Below are positions 10,701 through 22,022 of a stretch of 64,000 nucleotides of DNA, in pieces. This DNA is from Minutocellus sp. GHC0000111 (lineage: Eukaryota): the NCBI GenBank assembly GCA_977018835.1, contig OZ361257.1, positions 496,001 through 560,000 on the forward strand, given 5' to 3'. The first letter of the stretch is position 1. Each line of letters starts with the position of its first letter. The notes beneath the pieces were generated by a model. The model was given only the letters and a program-made list of their open reading frames with translations, made no database searches and was not told the DNA's origin. The position numbers and the translations under genes are program-made.

Positions 10701-11000
10701 CCAAGGCCGTCGGATGTGTTGGCAGATTCCAATCTATTTGACAGGACACTGCAGGACGACCAATCTCAAAACCACGAGGGTCACCACTCCCCGGGAGGAT
10801 CACCAACGCCGTCCACCCACAAGAAGCCGCACTTTTGCAACTCTCAGCTATGCGAAATATGCTGCGGCACGGTCGCCACACCTCATCCCGAGGGTGGTTT
10901 GTGCTGCGACATCCCGTCAATGTCGGTTCCATCTCCGTGCGCCAGGAACAATACCCTCCAACCACGGAATTACACAACACCGGACACCATTGAGTTCTAG
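7786..11000 (+). CDS. Type I membrane cell-wall protein: signal peptide, silaffin-like KAPK repeats, PS repeats, 4 hevein-type chitin-binding domains, TM helix, cytosolic tail; disrupted
   Basis: Exons 7786-8319, 8431-10248 and 10384-11000 with GT-AG introns 8320-8430 and 10249-10383. Four CG..C..CC...GYCG....C..C..GAC-like domains. In-frame TGA at 8074-8076 and a -1 frameshift near 9321-9327. Confidence 0.8.
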
Positions 11001-11163
11001 CTAGAGCGAGGGTGAGGCAATATATATGTTTAGTAGTGTAATGTATAACGAAGAAATTAGATTAGATTATGACTCTACTCGTTGTATAAGTGTCGCTTGA
11101 AGTGGCGCCCCCAGCAATATCTGACCCGGCTACGAGGAGGCTACGCTCATGCTTACGACGTAG

Positions 11164-11823
11164 CTAGTCTTCGTCATACCTGGACGTCTTGGCCGCCCTC
11201 TCCTCCTCCTCGTCGTCATCCCTGCTGCGCTTGGCACCGGCAACCGGAGATTGCCACCGGCTGCCCATGCCACCACTTCCTCCTCCTCATCCGCCACCAC
11301 CGCCAACTCCCTCCCCACTCCTCCTCCGGCTGGGATCGACCGTCCTCCGTCGATCGTCTCGGACCTGCCCACCGCTGGTGCCCCGACCGTACTGCCTACC
11401 CGGCTTGAAGCCGGCATCGAGCTCCACCCTAATGACGTTGCCATCGAGCTTGGTTCCCGTCAGCAGGGAGATGCTCCGCAGCGCATCGGCCCGGCGCCTG
11501 TACTTGACAAAGGCAAAGCCACAGGGAGTCTTGCGGAATCTGTCTAAACCCATGTGAACGGCCTCTACGGGTCCGACGGTGCCAAAGGCCGCGCGGAGGT
11601 GACGGGATCGGGTGGAGAAGGCCAGGTTGCCGATGTACAGGGTCGAGCTGCGCTTGAGGGCGGCGATCTGCGTGTCGGGCGAGTCGTAGTGCGACCGGTC
11701 CCAGTACAGCTTGGGCTCGGTGGCGTTGGCGAAGAGGAGGTCGGAGGCGGTGGGCGGCGGGGGGAGGACGTACTTGGGTGGTCCGCCGGTGGTGCTGGAG
11801 GTTGTGTCGGCGGTGGTGTCCAT
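11164..11823 (-). CDS. NCBP2: Nuclear cap-binding protein subunit 2 (CBP20); premature TGA in the Gly-rich tail
   Basis: RRM with STLYIGNL, MGLDRFRKTPCGFAFV and RQYGRGTSGGQVRD. TGA at 11287-11289 interrupts a GGA run; the frame continues (GGGSGGMGSRW...RYDED) to TAG at 11164-11166. Confidence 0.92.
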
Positions 11824-12373
11824 CGTTGCTGTGAGAAATCAGATGCAAAATATGTTATGTGGCGTGCTATAGTGCGCTAATAGCTAGCTAGGCCTAGCCT
11901 GCGGAAACGAGCGGACAGAGACGAGAGGGGCTGCTCACGGCACGCATGTATGAGCACAGCGGCAGCAACCGGCCACCATCATGGTTGGCTGTCATATTTC
12001 ATGGTTTCCGGGTTCTTTTTCTAATGCGGTCCCGATTTTACATGTATTCGAACCAGACCCCTGGTGCGTGATAGCAGCGGCAGCAGCAGCAGAGCAGCAG
12101 CAGGCGTAAGCGGGTAAGCGTCTTCGATTTCTCATTCGACATGCGCTGGTCGAGGTGCAGCATTGGAGCTTTACTGTAGCATCATGTGATGTGTCGCGTT
12201 TGCATGACACAATGCGGGAGATGGCATGGGGCCGGCCCGAGGAGAGGACGGTTCCATAGCAACAGGTAGCAGTATCTTGCTGCCCTGCCTCCAATTTTGA
12301 TCATAATAGAGTAGTGACACATTTTGCATTCGTTGCGGCTTTGCTTGGTGCGCGCCAAGTCAGATTCTGATGG

Positions 12374-15300
12374 ATGGAGCCACCTCACCACCACCACCAT
12401 CAGGCATGCCTGGACTGGAGGAGGGTGGCTCCGTTGCTCGCCTCTGATGCCGCTGCTGCTGGCAAGAAGGCTGGCAGCAAGAAACTTCGTATGCGTGTCC
12501 TCGATACCGTCTTCTCGAGTGATGGCAGAAGCAGTGCCGGCAATGGAAGTACTACCAGAGGCAGCAACTGCTCTCGAAGACAGCCCCTCAACCGTCGCAC
12601 CCACCCCTATGGTCCATCATCATCGTCGTCGTCGTCTCGACAGCCAACAACCACCATTGGCGAATGGATCTACACATCCAAAAAGGGCGAAGTTACAATG
12701 AGAAGAGGAGATTCTTTGAATGGTCCTTCCACCTCCACATCATCCAGCTCACTTTGGTCGCATGTTTGCGATCGATTCGGTCGCATCGCCCTCTCGGATG
12801 CGGCCAACGCGGCTGGGCCTCGAATCGTTGCCATTGGGCGTGGACGTGGAGGTGATGGCGGTGGTGATAGCGGTGGTGGCTTTGATGTTCGGTGTCATCT
12901 CACAGCAGGGCAGCTTAGGAGGGATGTATGTGGAAGTAGCGCCAGTGCTAGTGGTGGTGGAGGACGAGGAGGCAGCCTCATTTCAGCCAACCGATGTCAT
13001 GCCATCCAAACCTATGTTCGTCCGAAAGGTGGGGTCGACAGGATATTCCGAGCCATTTACACAAGCGATGGTAGCGGCGGTGGCGACAAGAATCTCAACC
13101 CCAATGTAGACGTGGTCATGGTGGAAGATGGATCGACGGTGGGGGCATCATGTGCTTCGGTGGTGCCATTGGACGAAAGTACGCTAGGAAGGCAGCAGGG
13201 TGGCGAGCAGTACTTGCGGCAAGTCAAGAAGGAAGTCCAAATGACGACGGTCCATGCGGTGAGGCATGTAGAGTCCGTCCTGAATACACTGCACAGCGAT
13301 GGACACAACAGACGAGCGAGGGTGGAAGTCAAAGAGAAAGCGCCAAGAGTCATTTCAGTTGCCATGGACTTTATCTGGGACGACAACGATCACTTATGGC
13401 TCTCTCACTCGAATGGAATGCGTATTTCGCGTGGCGAAGAAGATAAAGATCAATGTGATGGTGCAGTCAATAGCGATGACGGTATTGAGAACAACGGCAC
13501 ATCATCTTCTTCTCTGGGGCCATTGCTGGAAAATTACTCCGAGCATACGCCCATTGTCGATGGCGGTGGAGATGTCGCTGCTGGCGGTGGTCCACCACTG
13601 CTACACGTACAACGGCCGGTACCCATGGCGTCGTCCTCAGTCGCCGAGATGGAATTCATCGAGCGCAATGGTCTTGGTGATTTGATATTGGAATCGAACA
13701 ATGATGCCCAGCATACCAAAGAATTACTTGCTGTGGCGGAACAGGAAAAGCATGAGGCACAGGAGGAGGCCAGACATTTGCAGCAACAGGTTAACGAGCT
13801 CGAGGATGAGCTGGAGGGTATCAGATCGAGGCTTGACGCGACGAGCCAAACGGCACTGGATGCCAACGACAAAATCCAATCACTGAATCTCAAACTTGCC
13901 AAGCTGAGGAAGCAAATGATATTGGAGATGCAGACCAAAGATGACGAGCATTGCAGAATTGTCCTCGAGCTGGAGTCGCAAATAAACGCCGAAAAGGCCG
14001 AGGTTGCTCGGCTGCAGGCCGAAGCAGCAGCTAGCGCGTCTGCTCCCACTGCAGCATCCAACTGCAACAACAACAACAACGCCGCTGAATTCTTGGAGCA
14101 AGATTTATTGGCCAAAATTGACTCGCTCCACAACGAACTAATGACGGCGAAGAGGAATTGGGGTCAGGAACGCAGGTCGCTGGCAAGTTCCCACGCGGCA
14201 GCAGAACAAGAGCGAGCCGCCAAGCATCGAAAGGAGCTGGCCGAGCAGCGAGCCGCCGTTTCGTCTCTTGAGGATGATGTCGTATCTCAAAAGGAAAAAA
14301 CACGAGATGCCGAGAAAGAATCGATTGTATTGCTGCAGAAGCTCGCTGCTGCCAATCATCGTGCCGATGAATCTCAGATCGAGGCGACAAACTTGCGTGA
14401 CGAACTTGGATTGATCAAACAGAGCCTCGAGACTTTTCGCGAGAGTAGTGGCACATGTACTGGCGGGAGTACCCACAATCCCTCCAGTACATCGAGTGCC
14501 ACCAACGAAGAATCCGAAAACAAGATCCGTACCCTGAACAACAAGGTGGAGTATCTCAAGGCGCAGCTGCAAAGTGAGGTTACGGTGAAGGAAGAGTACA
14601 AATCCACTGTGTCCAGTCTTCGGAAGGAGAAGGAGGCCCTTGTGGATGCCCATCGGTGCCGTTTAAACGAACTGGAGGCGCGAAAGGAGCAACAAATTTT
14701 GCAGGTCCAAGAACAGCTACGGGTGGCCCTCAAGAGACCATCGGAGGATGATATCGTGCAGCTGAAGGAGGAAATTAAGGCGCTGAAAACTCAAGTCGAG
14801 GAGGCCAAACAAGTATCAGTAGAAGCCCGGCAGTGCGAACAGGACGCTCAAGTTCGGGCTGCGAGAGAACAAACGCTGGCTGAAAGGGCCAAACAAGAAC
14901 TCGAGGCTGCTCGCAATGAAACTGCTGCTGCCAACAGAGAAATCGATAAGCTCAAGGATGCCAACCTCGACGCCACGGCCAACGAAGGCGTCCTCCGTCG
15001 TCTTGATAATGAGCGTCGATATCTCAAGAATCAACTTCATCTCGAAATTGCTTCCAAGGCAGAGCTGTTGAAGAAAGTGGAAGAGTCAGATCACCGGATC
15101 AAAATGGTGCAAGATGCGAGCAAGCAGGAGCAGCGTGCCCTATCTCTGGAACTCAAGAAGGAGAAACATTCTCGTACAGTTGTCGAGTCGCAACTACGAG
15201 ATTCCAACCAGATTTTGGACGCCGAAGTCAAGGTCCAAAAGAATCAGATTGAAGAATTGCGGCAGGCCTATGCCGCCACACGAGACCAACTTCGCATGGA

Positions 15301-18300
15301 ACAGGCATCGGCCGAACAAATTCGTGCCTCCGGACAAAGGATGGCTGAGGAGCTCAAGGCTGCCCAAGATGAGCTCAAATATCTTTCAAGTGTCGCCGAT
15401 GATGATGCCACCCGACACAACGAAACTACAAGGGCCATATCCGATAGTCTCAAGAAGGCGGATGATATGCGGGCGCAGGAGGTGTGTCGCCTGCAGGAAG
15501 AAACGCAGCAAGCTCTGCAAAAGGCCAGCGATACACAGCGCGACATGCTCACTCTACGAGCCAAGATGAGATCGCAGCAAAGCCAAGCAGCCATGACATT
15601 TGCAGCTCATCACCTGACGGTACTATTGGCCCAGCGGCTGCGAATGGAGAAGCAGCAAGCCTTTTCATCGTGGAAATTACAGGCCGCGGTGATCCAAGCG
15701 CAACGGTCTGTATCCAGCAAGTTTTCGTCAAGTACGGAGGAAGCCGTTGCAAGGGCTCGAGCGGAATACATCAAAGAGTGGCAAATGCGCATGGAAAATG
15801 CCCAAAGGGAGACAAAGCGTCAAGTCAAGGAATTGGAGGATCGAATGCTCAAGGAAAGGTCTCGTATTTTCGATGAGGCCAAGGCAGAACAGGATGAGGC
15901 CATTCGTGAAGAACGACATCGTCACGAGGCCATTATACGCGAGAAGGAGATGGCCTGGACTCAAAAGGAGAATGATATCCATTCGTCGCACCAGTCAGCC
16001 ATTGCCAAATTGATCCGGGAGAACAATCAAAACCTGGAAAGTATGCAAACCAATGCCCAGAGACGCATCGACGAGGCCAAATCCGATGCCATCGTCGACA
16101 TGGAGGAGAGGAAGCAACTCATTGTCCAGGAATGCAACCGGCAGTGGGAATCCAAGGTCGCTGACTTGCATTCTGTCCACGAGCGAGAAATGCAAGATGC
16201 AATTGACAATACTCTGAAAGAGCATAGCCGAAATTTCCAACAAGAGCAGGCCAAGTTCGCCGCTCGGGAGGCCGAGCTCAAGGCGGAGATGGAAACCGCC
16301 ATTGAGTTGGCGGTTGCCGAGGAAAGGGAACGAATAGATGGCATAAAATCCAAGGCCATCGAAGAGAACAACGCCGCTTGGAATGATAAGATGAAGGAGT
16401 CTCAAGCATCTCATATCGCAGATCGAGATGCCTTGCAAGTCGAGCATCAGCAAGAGCTCAGCAAGACCATGGCCGCTCTCGAATGCTCTCGCCAAGAACG
16501 AGAGCGAGATCTTAGATCCGACTTGGAGCGGCGTCATTCCAACGCATTGGAGGAAGTTCAGAATACCGAACAACAACGGATTGACCAAGCCGTAGCAGGT
16601 GAAACGGAGATCTGGGAACAACGTATGCGAGAACTCCAAACAAAGATGGAGGTCGAACGCCGCCAGCAATTTGAGAAAGGTCACGCCGAGGGTTGTGCCA
16701 CGGCCAAAGAAGGGGTAAGTTTGCGTTTGGTATGTTGTTTGTGGCATCTTATTCATTTGCATGCTTGTACTCTACTAGCTAGTATCACAGAGCCACCTTC
16801 TCCATGATACTCATCATCTTCATTCTCCCCGCCCTTTACTACCACCCATATAGATTGACAAAGGCCACGCCAACGCACAGGAGATATTGGGCAAGGAACG
16901 AATCGATGCAGAAGCAAGGGTACAGCGAGCGCTGGATTCCAAGGCAGTCGGAGTGGAACGAGCTCTTCTAGAGGCCAAGAACAAGCAAAATGAGGCTGTA
17001 GCCAAGGCACTCGAAAAGGCCAAGGCCGAGCATCAGCGACAAATGAAGGAGGCAGAGCGACATTGCGAGGCTGCCTTGGAACAAGAACAGAAGCGACTGT
17101 CAATACTGGCCGAACAAGAGACGGAGAGAGCTCTCGCCGTAGCCAAAGAAGAGCACGACGCCATCATCAAGGGACTCCGCACAAATCTTGAAGCGTCCGA
17201 GGCTCTTCGATCGAAAGAGAAGGAGTCTTTTGCATCTCAGCTCGAGCAAATCAAGGCCAGCGCCGAAGAATCCATGGAAAAACGCCTAGCCGACTTGGAA
17301 TGCCAAACGAGGGAACGGCATGTCTTGGAACGGGAGAAGGCCCAGCGCGAATTTGATCATCAGCGCTTACTGTTGAATAAGGTTCACAAAAAGGAGATAG
17401 AAAAGGTCAAGACGGAGGCAGCGGAGCGGTCCAATACCGCCATCCTCAAGGTACAAGAGGATGCCAAGGAGGCGATGAAAACAGCATTAGACAAATTAGT
17501 CACTACCCAACAAGAGCAAGAGGCAGAGCTCCGGGCAGAAGCGAAATTGATGATGGACGAGCGAGACTCGGCACTTCAGGATATTGCACTCTTGCAGTCA
17601 GAGATTGCCAACCAACAATCAGCCACCGAGGAAGCCAACGAGCAACTAGCATTAGCCCAAAAATCAAGCGCCCTTCGCATTCTACGCCTTGCTTCATCAT
17701 CAATGATTCGACAAAATTCTCTGAACAAGACACTTGAATCCACTCAGGACGAGTTCAATACAAGACTTGAGGCCGCCCAAGACGAAGCAACGGCCATCCA
17801 AGAGGAGCTGGAACGGCGAATTATGGATATGGAGAGCACCATCAAGTCTTATCAAGCGCAACGCAAGTTGGTACAGGACGTCCTGATTAGTCAAAATCGC
17901 GACACCCTCCTTCGTGAAAAGGCCAAGAGCCGCGAGGTTCTTTCACAGCTCGATGCCATTGGCGCCGAACGACAAACTTTGCATGATGAACGTCGCAGTG
18001 CCGAGGGCCAGCGAGATGCGTTGGAGGATCAGATACGAGAGCTGGAGGGGAAAATTCAGCAGCACAGCCAAACATCGTCGCTGCAAGGTGGCCGGATCAA
18101 CATTGCTCACGCCCGAAAAAAACGAGCATTGGACGAAGCCTACGATGTTTTGCTAGACAAGCTGGAATCCAAACGAGAGGAAATGGGTAGTATTGACGAA
18201 AGGCTCAAGGAGGTGCTGGATAGGAAAGAGATTCAGGAGGAGAGGCGAAAGGAGACCGAACGTGCCCTGGTAGAGATATTATTGGGCCAAACCAAGAAGA

Positions 18301-18326
18301 TTATGCAGATTCTCAATAATGCGTGA
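12374..18326 (+). CDS. Very large coiled-coil protein (~1940 aa), unknown function
   Basis: Exons 12374-16714 and 16854-18326; the GTAAGT...TAG intron 16715-16853 joins the two ORFs in frame. Long E/K/Q/A-rich heptad sequence. Confidence 0.8.
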
Positions 18327-18535
18327 AACACAAAAGTAGATCTATGCATCTAAGCGATTTTATTCATCAAATAATCCTTCTAGTAGCTGGCTAGCATATG
18401 TACAATCTAGTAGGAACTCTTCTCTTCTTCTCATTTGTTTCTTCCATCGGCACCCTCGTCCACTTGACTTGAAAGTAAATGTATTGCACTCGTACGATCG
18501 TACTCGGTAGCAAAAATAAGTAAATTGAACATCGA

Positions 18536-19173
18536 TCAAGGGATGAGGGATGCATCGTCGTCATCCCCATCTCTACCCCACTGTCTTCTCATCTTTTGCA
18601 ATATCGTCTCTCCTTCGCTTTCCGTTGATTGTCCTTCACCAATATCGGCGGATACTGGCTTGTGGAAGTGAACGTGCGTATTGGAATCGATATCTTCAGA
18701 CAGGTGTCGAACAGGCTGCGCGGCGGCTCCGCGATGGCCGATAAAGTCCTCCTTTCGCGATTGCAGTTCTGCCAGCTCTGCTTCGTGCTCGGCCTGCCAC
18801 TCTTTTTGAGAGTATCCATCTGGAATGTAGGGGACAGCTGTTAATTTGTTATACAATTGTTTGCATTCGAAAGTAGAAAGTTCAAGGAAGAAGTCATCTC
18901 GTGAGTTGTGAATGTAGAATTTAGAGCAGAAAAATGAGTGCACCTTCTCCATCTTCCTTGAAGCAACCACAGCATTGCAACAAAAGCACATGACTCTTAC
19001 ACAGGAACACCGGGCCAATTCATTTGCCAACATCACATTTATTATTCTCCACCGCACTTACCACTTCTGATAGGCGACAATGACACCGCGGCCTGCCGCG
19101 AGGGAGCAAAGGCGCTGACGCTGGAGGAGGCGGCGCCGATGGCGAGGGCAAAGGGAATGATGATTCGCTTCAT
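18536..19173 (-). CDS. Small plastid-targeted protein (YIPDG-motif type), unknown function
   Basis: Exons 19173-19062 and 18837-18536. Signal peptide ends in VSAFAP; exon 2 begins (A)VPYIPDGYSQKEW. Confidence 0.7.
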
Positions 19174-19792
19174 GTTCCTTTTTTTGGTTTTGGTCGCAAT
19201 CAAATCTGTTGGAATTTGCGAAAGACGGCGATTGGATCTTCTTCTCCTTGACGTACGTTTGGAATGATGAGCCGCCCACTTCTTTGCTTGCCTTGGCATC
19301 GAAATTCTTCCTTTGACATGTCTGTTAACACGTGTTGCGCGAAGGCGTCAAAGTTGGTGGCAGGCTCTAGCTACGTACTGTACTAAGTACGTACGTAGGG
19401 GCTCTAACCCCTTAACGTGTCTACCCATCACCCAAAAGCAAAGACAATCTCATGTTGTGCCACTTCAGCCCTCAGCAGCCCTCATAGAGCCCAATCTTGC
19501 CGATACAAAGCTGATGGCATGTTCGAAGAAGGGCGAGCGGCGACGATCCACCACAATTCCAAGCACCAAAGAGATACCAAGAGACAAAATACAAAGCCCA
19601 CAACACTTCACAGTTGCAGAGGCAAAAGCGATTGGTTGCTCTGAACGATACGGCAAAGCCACAACCTTTGCATGTTTGTTTTTGTGCTGACCTACCGGTA
19701 ATCCATTACTCCTGCCCAAAGTAGAAGCATAGCAAGACCCAAGCCAAACATTGCTCGACCGATCGACAACATACACACATACATACCAAACA

Positions 19793-21058
19793 ATGCCGGA
19801 AGGATCCTCAACCTTTGCCCGCCATGTGGTGCCGCCCACTGCATGCTGCAATTCACTCCACGCTGCTCAGGCTCTGACGGCAGTGACTGGTCTGGCGTTG
19901 CTTGCCACCATTGCCACTCCATCCGATACGCTGCCCTCGGTTGCACTTTTGGTCATGTTGCCTCTCATAATGCTCTTCTCTGGCGTGGCCATTTTCAAAG
20001 ACAAGCGAACGGATGCCATGATCAAAAGGCACAATGCGCCTATAATGGACGACGACGTTGAAGGAGGAGGAGCAGGAAGTAGTTACGTAGATATGGCCAG
20101 TGCCGCCAGGTCGCAGGCCACGTATCTGCCCGAACTCGCCGACTTTATGCATCGGATCGACCTTGGTCTTCGGCCATCTCGCTTCTCTGCTGTCCTGATC
20201 AACGGATCTGGCGTTGCACTCATGATTCTTTTGGTCCTTCGCCTCATCTTTGGAGCCAGCCATTTCGATGGATACGCGCCGACTCTTGACTTTGGACCCA
20301 AGTACGGCGATCCCAGCAAGAACGCCGAGGCCAATATTGCCTTCGAATGGGAATTCAATTCGTTCGGTCATTGCCTCCAGGGCATTCTCGCCTCCATGCT
20401 GATCTTCCCTGCCGTAACTGGTACACTCACCAGACTCGTTGCATCTGGTGGATCGGAATGGTCAGGACGGCTCATCTTTGCCACTCCCTCTGTTTGGATG
20501 GTGGTCCTTGTTGAGCTCCTCGCTGGTTTGATGACCATCTATCCCTCGTACAACTTCATCAAGCGTCTGACGAAATATCCCGAATCCTTTGCCTCCAGTT
20601 CGTTCATGAACAATGGCTTTGAGTGGGCCCTTGGTTTCCTGTTTGGTATCTCCCTTGGTTGCCTCGTAACGGCCTTTACACGCACCAAATTCCGACGCCA
20701 ATTCCCCTCCATTTCTCGTCATGCCTCAAAGGCCAAAAAGATTCGTTTCCGGGAAGACGACGACGAGCGACCACTGGCATATGGGCTCTACAGTGACCAT
20801 AAGGACGATATGAGCCCGTCTGTCTACTGGACTGTGACTATAATCCGCGCCGTCATGGCCGTTATGCTGGTCTTCTCCGTCATTGGAGCGGCCGTCATGA
20901 CTGGCGATACATGGAATTCTTGTACTGGAGATTTGGCCGGAAAGTGCGTCAACTATCGTGACTATGCGCCCCCTCTAATTGTCATGGTGGGGTTCATTGC
21001 TGTTCCAGTAGTTACATATGTGGGCGCTATCATCATCTCCAAGGATTTTTCGAACTAA
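19793..21058 (+). CDS. Multi-pass membrane protein, unknown function
   Basis: Intronless ORF with about 8 hydrophobic segments. First ATG at 19793. Confidence 0.75.
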   Translation: MPEGSSTFARHVVPPTACCNSLHAAQALTAVTGLALLATIATPSDTLPSVALLVMLPLIMLFSGVAIFKDKRTDAMIKRHNAPIMDDDVEGGGAGSSYVDMASAARSQATYLPELADFMHRIDLGLRPSRFSAVLINGSGVALMILLVLRLIFGASHFDGYAPTLDFGPKYGDPSKNAEANIAFEWEFNSFGHCLQGILASMLIFPAVTGTLTRLVASGGSEWSGRLIFATPSVWMVVLVELLAGLMTIYPSYNFIKRLTKYPESFASSSFMNNGFEWALGFLFGISLGCLVTAFTRTKFRRQFPSISRHASKAKKIRFREDDDERPLAYGLYSDHKDDMSPSVYWTVTIIRAVMAVMLVFSVIGAAVMTGDTWNSCTGDLAGKCVNYRDYAPPLIVMVGFIAVPVVTYVGAIIISKDFSN

Positions 21059-21273
21059 CCTTGAAAGCTCTAGCTAGTAAAAGAGTGGCGAGCAAACAAT
21101 TGAAGTAGACTTTGATCGTCTTACAAATCGAAAAGACGCCAATAAACCAATGTAATGCCGAGATCAATTCAGACCTCGTTAGATATGCATAATGTGAACC
21201 GAACGCAATAATAGATGTACAGTCAATTCTGAAATTGCTTTAATGTAGCATTTTAGAACTACGCACGAAGCAG

Positions 21274-21901
21274 CTAGTACAGATTTGTTTTCTTCATGAT
21301 GCGGCAAAAATCATCTTGCGAAACCTTGCCCTGCCCCGATCGATCGGCTTCGTCAATCATTTCCTGCAGCTCTTCATCACTAATACTTTCGCCAAGCTCC
21401 ATTGCGACTCGCTTGAGATTCTTGAAGGTTACATAGCCACTCTCGTCGTCGTCAAATAATCGAAAAGCCTTGAGCATTTCCTCGTGAGCATCCCTCTGTC
21501 CCAATTTGACCGTCATGAGCTTCTCGAATTCTTGAAAGTCAATCATGCCCGACCCATCCGTGTCGGCTTCGGCAACCATATTTCGAATCTCCTGCTTGCT
21601 TGGTTCAAAGCCAAGTGCCCTCATTGCCACCTTGAGTTCCTTTGCATCGATTGCGCCTGAGCCATCACTGTCAAAGAGGTCGAATGCCTCCCGAATCTCC
21701 TGCCTTTGATCCTCCGTGAGCTCCATAATGGCGGAGGCTGTTGTTGTTTCACCCCTCTTGCGGCGGCTACCGCCGCTATTGGTTGGAGACTTTTTGGACT
21801 GCGTTGCAAAAGGATAGCCGAAGGAAGGTGTGAGATTTGCACGGGAAAGAAAAGACATACACACATTCAAGATATTAAAGAAAATACGTAGCACCTACCA
21901 T
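21274..21901 (-). CDS. CETN: Centrin (caltractin)
   Basis: [32 protein letters not shown], four EF-hands, C-terminal KKTNLY. Probable ATG-only first coding exon (21901-21899), intron 21898-21799, exon 2 21798-21274. Confidence 0.93.
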
Positions 21902-22022
21902 TTAGGGGGAGCAAAGCGGGATGGGGGGTCACGTGGGGTGGTTGCTGTTGTCGGTGGCCAGTTGTGGAGGTTTCCGCCAACTCCTCTGCCTGCATTTCTG
22001 AGGTGTCATCATGACGTTGTAA

